Positions 56,800 through 64,000 of a DNA stretch of 64,000 nt are shown in pieces; position 1 is the stretch's first letter, and the number at the start of each line of letters is the position of its first letter. The translations under genes and the position numbers were made by a program. The DNA is taken from contig OZ024742.1 of assembly GCA_964016885.1 (NCBI GenBank), positions 191,208,001-191,272,000 on the forward strand, read 5' to 3'. This DNA comes from Eledone cirrhosa (lineage: Eukaryota). The notes under the pieces are model-generated. The model was not told where the DNA came from. It saw nothing but the letters and a program-made list of their open reading frames with translations, and made no database searches.

Positions 56800-57250
56800 A
56801 TTCAGATAAATACACATACTTTCACACAAAATCATTCACACAAAAATACATTCACACATACATTTACACAAACGCACACATACAATCATGATAGCGTTCG
56901 ATGAATAAGAAATGGGAGGGTAAAACAAGTATAACGTTTTATTTATTTATTAACAACACAGTTTAACTCTTTTTTTTTAAACTCACACGTATAAAAATGT
57001 TATATAATGCTTACAGAACGAAAACACAAACAAATATAATATATACAAAGGAAAGGAAAACGAAAAAAAGAAAGAGAAAGAATACACAAGCACGTAATAC
57101 ACACATCGAAGACCACATAGGCTGGATAATGTAGTTAGAACACGGTATTTTAGGATGTTGTTCCGTTCAGCTGCGGATGCTGTAGCCTCGCCCTTACCGC
57201 TGCATCCAGGATGTGGGAAGAAGCAAAACACTAACTGTGACGTCCCATTC
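56800..57250 (-). repeat. Internally deleted duplicate of the CRE 3' end plus flank
   Basis: 56800-57118 matches ~57270-57580, and 57113-57247 matches ~57845-57990. Confidence 0.85.
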
Positions 57251-57429
57251 AAACAAATACACATACTTTCACAGAAACACATACATACATTCACACAAAC
57301 ACACATTCACACATATACATTTACACAAACACACACATACAGTCATACAATCATCATAGAGTTCGGTGAATTGGAAATGGGAGGGTAAAAGTACAACGTT
57401 TTATTTATTTATTAACACAGTTTAACTCT

Positions 57430-58150
57430 TTTTTTTAAAAACTCACTCGTATAAAAATGTAATATAATGCTTACAGAACAAAAACACTAACAAATATAAT
57501 ATATACAAAGGAAGGGGAAAGAAAAAAAAGAAAGATAAAAAATACATAAGCACGTAATACCCACATCTTAGACCACACAGAACAATATGCAGGCGCAAGA
57601 ATGGGAAAAAAAGAGACGCTACTAAAGCAAAAGATAGCAATATAGCGAGGAGCACTGGGAACCTGTCTAATAATTTTTTAGGCAAGCCAGCACGCTCGCG
57701 ATGTTAGCTGAGGTGATGGCGAGGCTGAGGTGCTGGGACAACCAAGTGTTCTCACGAGCATCACCTGTTAACTCTGTTTGGCGGGCCACCAGTGAAGATA
57801 AGAACCTCTCTGTCAGTAACCCGACTCCCCCAAACGTCTCGAACGCCACAGGCTGGATAGTATAGTTAGCTGACAGACACGGTATTTTAGGATTTTGTTC
57901 CGTTCAGCTGCGGATGTGGTAGCTCTCGCCCTTACCGCTGCATCCAGGATGTGGGAAGAAGCAAAAGAGTGACTAACTGTGACGTCCCAGGTAAGGCACC
58001 TGACTCTTGACCAGGAGCACAGAGTAAGACCGTCAAGTCTTTTCCCATCAATTCTGGACAACCCAGACGGTTCCAGAATTGAGAGGATGTTTGCCCGGGC
58101 CAAACCTCTTGAGTGGTAATAGGACCGTGTGTGAATGTGCACGCGCGAGT
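57430..58150 (-). mobile_element. CRE-type non-LTR element, RLE domain and 3' UTR
   Basis: LEPSGLSRIDGKRLDGLTL..W..RCLTWDVTV..AAERNKILKY and FETFGGVG..FLSSL..TGDARENTWLSQHLSLAI..AN; A-run at the 3' end. Confidence 0.88.
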
Positions 58151-58274
58151 TTGTCGGTGTTCTTAAAATAGAGACATGTGTGTGTGTGTGTCACTGTTTT
58201 TAAGTTAGAGACATATATGTATGTATCCCTTTCCTTCCTTTTACACACACATACATTCACACAAATACACATAC

Positions 58275-58958
58275 ACATTGTGTGATGGACGGGTGGACAA
58301 AAGTCCCTCAAATGTATATACATGTGAATGGAGTTCTACGGAAGCAGTTAGAAAAGTTCAAGTATCTTGGAGCCGTGTTCATGAGTGATGGAATGCAGGA
58401 GGCTGAATTAAGTGCAAGAATTGCAAAAGCTGATGCAGTAATGCACCAGCCTCAGCATTCAGCAATCAGAAGGAGGGGGTAGATGTAAAAGCCAAACTCG
58501 CTGACTTCCTGGTATTCCTCCCAATTCATACCGAGGATCATGAATCTTGAGTAATGACCAAAAGAATACAATTGCAAATAAAAGTGGCAGAAATGGGATT
58601 CCTCAGCAGGGTCTTTGGAGTAACATTACTCGATAAAGTGAATAACTCAGAGACCAGAGAGTGACTCTTGGTAGAGCCCTTACTTCTCCGAATTGAGAAA
58701 TTACAAATCCGATATTATGAAAATGTGGTTAGAATGTCTCAGTAAAGAATCGCTGGACACATTTTACAGGCAAAAACCAATCGTTAGGAGACCCTGAGCA
58801 AGATAGTTGGATAACATCCAGGAGCTTGGCTGATCACGCTTTGGGATCCAGCTGGATCAGTTAGAAATGTTTGCTTCTGACAGACTCGCTGGAAGGAGTG
58901 TTTGAGAAGGAGTTTGCCCTCAGGACCCTCTTAGAAATAAGTGGACGAAGAAGATATT
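58275..58958 (+). mobile_element. Decayed RTE LINE 3' region
   Basis: IHVNGVLRKQLEKFKYLGAVFMSDG..ELSARIAKADAVM; AEMGFLSRV; short GAA tail. Confidence 0.8.
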
Positions 58959-59639
58959 GTCAATTTACTTTTCAATTTACATATATATATTTGCGTATAA
59001 TACCAATATGCACACTACATATGCTAGCAGAAAACCGCCCGCGGCGGTTTTTCTGCTAGTCTACTTGACAAAGCAAGGGTACTTGTTGTGTGTGGAAATC
59101 TCAGACATGTTCATGTTAATTTCTCGAGCAGACTGTTCAATTGATGCAACATTTGGAAAATTCACCTTCGAAACTGATGGATATCTATTAAATGTTATTC
59201 AAATCCAGTGACCCTACTGATTTTCGTGGCAAACTATTCTACCTGATTATTGACCACTGTTTCCTCAGATTAAATTGCTTTCGTTAGAAACATCTGCAGC
59301 TGCTTTCGATTCATGAGATTGTATGTCGTGTAATATCTCATTTATACTACGCGCCCACTTGCTATCTATGTTGATTAATAAATAACTCGTTAGTCAATCA
59401 CAGACATATGGCCCATTTTATCTCAACTTACTGCCGTCTCTAGTCTCTATCAAACTATGATTGTAAGATAACTATTGAAATTAATTTTAATGATTGGAAA
59501 GAAAGAATGAAATAAATAAATATTAAATACATGATTATATTAAGTTATATTCCAATATCTTTTACGTATGTATATAGTCTAGAACCAGTTGTTGAAAAGG
59601 CAAGTGCTCATCTGTCGGGCTCCGACTCTTTATAATATA

Positions 59640-60280
59640 TTATGAGTATATCCTTCGTTCTGTCCTATATCATCCTTTTTTCTGTGAGCTGCGTGCTGTG
59701 TACATGGTTTGCGCATGTGATAAATCCAGGCGTGTATGTGTGCGTGATTATATTTATTTATACGTTTATTTACTTGTCACTGGCTGGCTGCTTGTTCTTA
59801 CTGTGTGTATCATGTTTGTTTTATTTGTTTGTTTATTGTGTGCCTCTGTATGTCTTTCTCTTGTCCTACGTTACTAATTGTGATATTGTTGTTATTCCAC
59901 TCATGTTTTCAGTTTAATTTTGTTTGGTGATCCTTTATGTTTGTCGCTTCTGTAAATTGTCGGATCATTGGATCTTTTTTGTGTGGATATGATTTTATTT
60001 GGCATGTTGGTGGACTACTGGTGAGTTCTTCCCATCTTGGAATTCTCAACAGTCTTCATTTATCCTTTCTCCTATGTTCCGGACCAGCTCATCTATGTAA
60101 TTTGTGTTTTTATTCCTACTTTATCCCTCCGTACATCTTATGCTATATACTACTTTCCTAGCTTTGCAGTTAATTTGTAGTCTTAATTTACAGATTATAC
60201 ATTTCCTATCAGTGCAGGTTTTTTTCTCTCAAAATGATGTTCTACTAATTAGGGCTTTTATGGGATATGAGATAATATAT
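59640..60280 (-). mobile_element. PLE GIY-YIG fragment of a different clade (Cys-rich linker)
   Basis: Minus strand TCTDRKCIICKLRLQINCKARKVVYSIRC..YIDELVRNIGERINED..DPMIRQFTEATNI..KLN*KHEW. Confidence 0.7.
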
Positions 60281-60699
60281 CGCAACACCAGTAGTAGCAG
60301 AGCAACAGTAGGAATAACAATAAGAATGTAGATGCATGTTGCCTCAAGATTCCAGGGAACAGACGAGCGTAATACCTGGGAATAGCAAGGGAGATAAGCT
60401 AAGGAGAATATAGACGATATTTTTCAATAGTATTACACTATTGTGGAGGCAACACATCTGACTAGTTAAGATTTTCTTTTCAATATCTTGAGGACCTGAG
60501 TTTAACCTCAATATGTCTCCTATTGGGCAAGTGATAAAGCTTTGTTTGGCGGAAATAGTATAGGATTCCATTTGATAATTGTTCTATGAATTTAAAGGTC
60601 CAACCTTGCCTCATATTATGTCATGTTGATTAGGTTTAAGAATCATGTTAAAGGTTCAAGTGTCTGTGGAATACTCAAATAGCTGCTACTTCGCAAATA

Positions 60700-61300
60700 A
60701 TCGACCTTTTAGAAATAGCAGGTGGTAGAAATCAAGTTCCCTGCAGTTTCACGTTATGCGGTTGCAAATATATCTCTTCGGGAGTCTATGCCAGTCACAA
60801 TGCTGGTCGAGGCGGTGTTGATGCGGCTCTCGACCAGCGTAGTCGGATTCCAGGGTAGTCGGATTACAGATTGGGGTTGTTGAGATGCTGATAGCCTAAG
60901 TCATTGTAGGCTTGTCTGCTAATTACACAAAGCTCTTTTTCCCCGTCGGAGGGTTGCGAGTTGTGGTGAGTATGCGTGTTTTTTTGTTGTCTTTTTAGTA
61001 AGATTTTACTTATGGTAAGATTCAATCGTGTGAGTTTAATCTTGAGATCACGGGTGGGGGCTGGAGAAAAATTGTCGAAGTGAGAGGTGAGGAATTTTGT
61101 CTTAGTCGCTGTGAAAGTATTAGTCTCGGAAATGTCGTTGAAGAAGTCACTTGAGTTTGTAAACGGCTCTCAAGAAGTTGGCCTCAGTGTTGAGCCTTAA
61201 CCTGTCATCGAGTCGCTTTGTCAGGATTAACTTAGGTCCAAGGTGGAGGAGTATCACATCTTCTCTTGCAGTCCATCATTTGAATTTCACCGTTTTTAGT
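60700..61300 (-). mobile_element. PLE-like N-terminal/RT-proximal fragment
   Basis: EDVILLHLGPKLILT (cf. LLxLGxKFxP), RQAYNDLGYQHLNNP and DFYHLL. Confidence 0.5.
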
Positions 61301-61564
61301 TCAGCGTTTGAAACAACTTACTCATATATATGTGTATGTTTTTCAGTGTGGTCTACCGTTGTTTCCGAACAAGACTGTCTGATGGAACCTATATATATAT
61401 ATATATGAGGTCTGATAATAAACAGTTATATAACTGCTATAGATCAGACAATATGTCAACATGATCAACCCTCCGAAACGATCGCAAGAAATTGATATGA
61501 ATAAGTAAAATAACTCGACTTTGTTGTTATTAATTTCATTGTTAAATTATATATGTATATATGT

Positions 61565-61638
<74 letters not shown>

Positions 61639-62790
61639 TGACCGGAGTAGCTGTTAACAGTTTGGCTTCATGAAAAGGTGTCGCACTTGTGGCTAGCCGA
61701 AGGGGAAATGAAATACAACAATGGGAAAATAAATAAAAGTATGCGTAACTTTTATAATTTCCTGCATTTCTAACAAAGAAAAGAAAAACATTCGTAAAAA
61801 AGAATTATTTTGAAATATAACAAAAATTTATAAAAAGCAAGTAACATAAAATTGTCTCCATTAATTCTGAATTTCAACATATTTCTATATTTCAGTATAT
61901 GAAAATATTTCCTCCTTTAAACCCGCTCCCCCCAAATCCGTTCAAACTGAATCATATATTAATGCTTAACTTATTTTTTTCCCGGTGTCAACTTGTTTTC
62001 CGTTTAAGCTGCATGACATGAACGATATTCAAGACACGTTGTAAATATTCTGATTTTTTTTAGCTGAGTATTTGATATGTGAAACTATTCTTTCGATTCT
62101 TATATATATTTTTCTGGTTCTTTATCTCGTAACTAATTCTAGTTTCTTATGACCTTCTAAGTTTTCCAGAAATTATATATCCTCTAGCTTATAAATATAA
62201 TCTATTACTAGAGATTTTGCAACAATAGCGCTGGAGGCTCTGAAATTCTGTAGTTTTGCAATGTTTGGTGAATCAATTCGTAAGGGAAGGCACTAAAATT
62301 AGATAGTTATTCAGTGTTGTAAACTCGAAAGGCATGATATTTTTTCTTATATATATACATATATATATGTATATGCGATGAAAGTTGTATATATATGTAT
62401 ATATATGCGAAGTTGTATATATACGTGCACACACAATACATATATATATGTGTATGTGTATATATATATATATATATGTGTGTGTATGTATGTGTGTGTG
62501 TGTGTGTGCGTGTGTGTGTGTCAGACGATGCCTTTAAATTACATATGACTCAGTTGAATACAGGCCAAAACGCAGGAGACACACACACGCGTGTGTGATA
62601 GTGAGTGTGCGTGTGTCAGGAGTCATATCAGTAGAGAGATAATATCACCAACGGAAAGACCAATGGAGACATTGTTTTCTTGGTTATATCCAAAGTTGGT
62701 AAAAACACCCAGTCCAAAGGACGAGTTCGAATGAAACACGTGTCATTGGGTATGGTTTGTTTTTGTTGTCGAACTTTCTTTCTCTCTCTC

Positions 62791-62828
<38 letters not shown>

Positions 62829-62838
62829 CATTTTAAGA

Positions 62839-62934
62839 GGGTCCGTCGAGCTGCCGATTATTGAGTCGGGTAGGATCGATATAGATCGAACCTTGTGCTG
62901 ATCAGTGGCGAAACGCGCGTCACCTATCAATAAA
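62839..62934 (+). ncRNA. Decayed hammerhead motif at a PLE-type terminus
   Basis: GGGT-CCGTCGA-GCTGCCGATTA...TGATCAGTGGC-GAAAC GCGC GTC-ACCT..AATAAA; core differs from CUGACGA at two positions. Confidence 0.55.
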
Positions 62935-63117
62935 TGCAATGAAGGAATAATCAATCGTCCTTGTTATCCTTTCAATATATTACACTCTGTATAGCTCTAC
63001 ACCTCATCACAGAAGTGAACCTAAACATCGAGTGCTTTCACGAGTGAACCTGCAGTAACTCCTAGTTACACCCCCTGGATATATATATATATATATATGT
63101 ATATATTAATTTAAAAA

Positions 63118-63168
<51 letters not shown>

Positions 63169-63297
63169 TAGTGCAAATTTATACGGGAACAAAACAGAGA
63201 GGCAGTCAAATAAAGGTTTATTAGGTTCACGCTTTTGAGATTGGGGTGGGGGTGGGGGGGGGGGGGGTGAGAACCACGTTTCGGGCATAAGCTCTTC

Positions 63298-63331
<34 letters not shown>

Positions 63332-63394
63332 TTCAATATATATATATATATACAATTCGTTTTTGAATTTGTTTTGCGAGATTTCCCAAAGTAT

Positions 63395-63454
<60 letters not shown>

Positions 63455-63462
<8 letters not shown>

Positions 63463-64000
63463 GGTTACACAACAGTTTGTTCACAATACCTAGAACAATT
63501 GTTTCACCTTAGCGGATCCTAAGCTCGTAATGGACATGGTTATACGGAAAAGGAAGGGCAACCGTACGAACGCGAATGCGCAGAAACCGTCACTTCCCAC
63601 AGGCGATACTAAAAAGCGTGCCATAGGTGTAAGGGAGATAACTGTGAAGTCCGAAATGTTTCAAGTTGATAAGAAAATTAGGATGTTGTTGTGATTCAAT
63701 CCGGAGCTTTGTAGTTATGTAAGATGTGTTTCGAGACGTGTGGACGACGTGTGAAGAATTCATTCCTCGTGTTTAGGCAATCACTATTGCATAATCTCTT
63801 CAGAATATTTATTCGTTCATCAATTCATAGTCGACACGACGATGCTTTAGAGAGGGAAATCATCGCTCACTGCCGGAAAACCCTCCTCTTCAACGACGGA
63901 GTAGCCTGGGCAAAGAATTCAACAACTGCAGACCTATTCGGCGCCTCCATGGGATCGTTTGACGTATGCGACTTGGTTGGCCTATTTATTTTAGATATAT
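63455..64000 (+). mobile_element. PLE with inverted 3' terminus (63455-63800, minus) fused to an RT fragment (from ~63810, plus; may continue beyond the window edge)
   Basis: Plus: EIIAHCRKTLLFNDGVAWAKNSTTADLFGASMGSFD..VCDLVGLFILD (Naiad-type RT). Minus: CLNTRNEFFTRRPHVSKHILHNY, then decayed HHR CTTAG..CTAAG-TGAAACAATTGTT. Confidence 0.85.

Overview
AT-rich, repeat-saturated eukaryotic DNA with no intact protein-coding gene that I can support. The (TA)n/(CA)n density and the SINE families suggest a coleoid cephalopod, probably Octopus (inference). Most long ORFs in the track are microsatellite artefacts. Recognisable content: a 5'-truncated CR1/L2-type LINE; fragments of Tx1/L1, RTE, CRE and mariner elements; a non-autonomous Helitron; a Tc1/mariner MITE; many tRNA-type SINEs; and at least six Penelope-like element (PLE) remnants, with RT and/or GIY-YIG motifs. 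The most striking layer is non-coding. About 15 minimal type-I hammerhead-ribozyme (HHR) motifs occur, 5 with an intact CUGAUGA...GAAA...UH core and the rest variant or decayed. Most lie just upstream of an AATAAA-like signal and a (TA)n tract. Many sit inside 0.1-1 kb fold-back palindromes or direct-repeat-bounded non-coding units. This looks like a population of small non-autonomous PLE-derived, retrozyme-like elements concentrated in TA microsatellites. Two exon-like or pseudogene-like coding patches (about 2.2-2.9 kb and 46.3-47.2 kb) remain unidentified. All coordinates were read by eye, and element boundaries are approximate.
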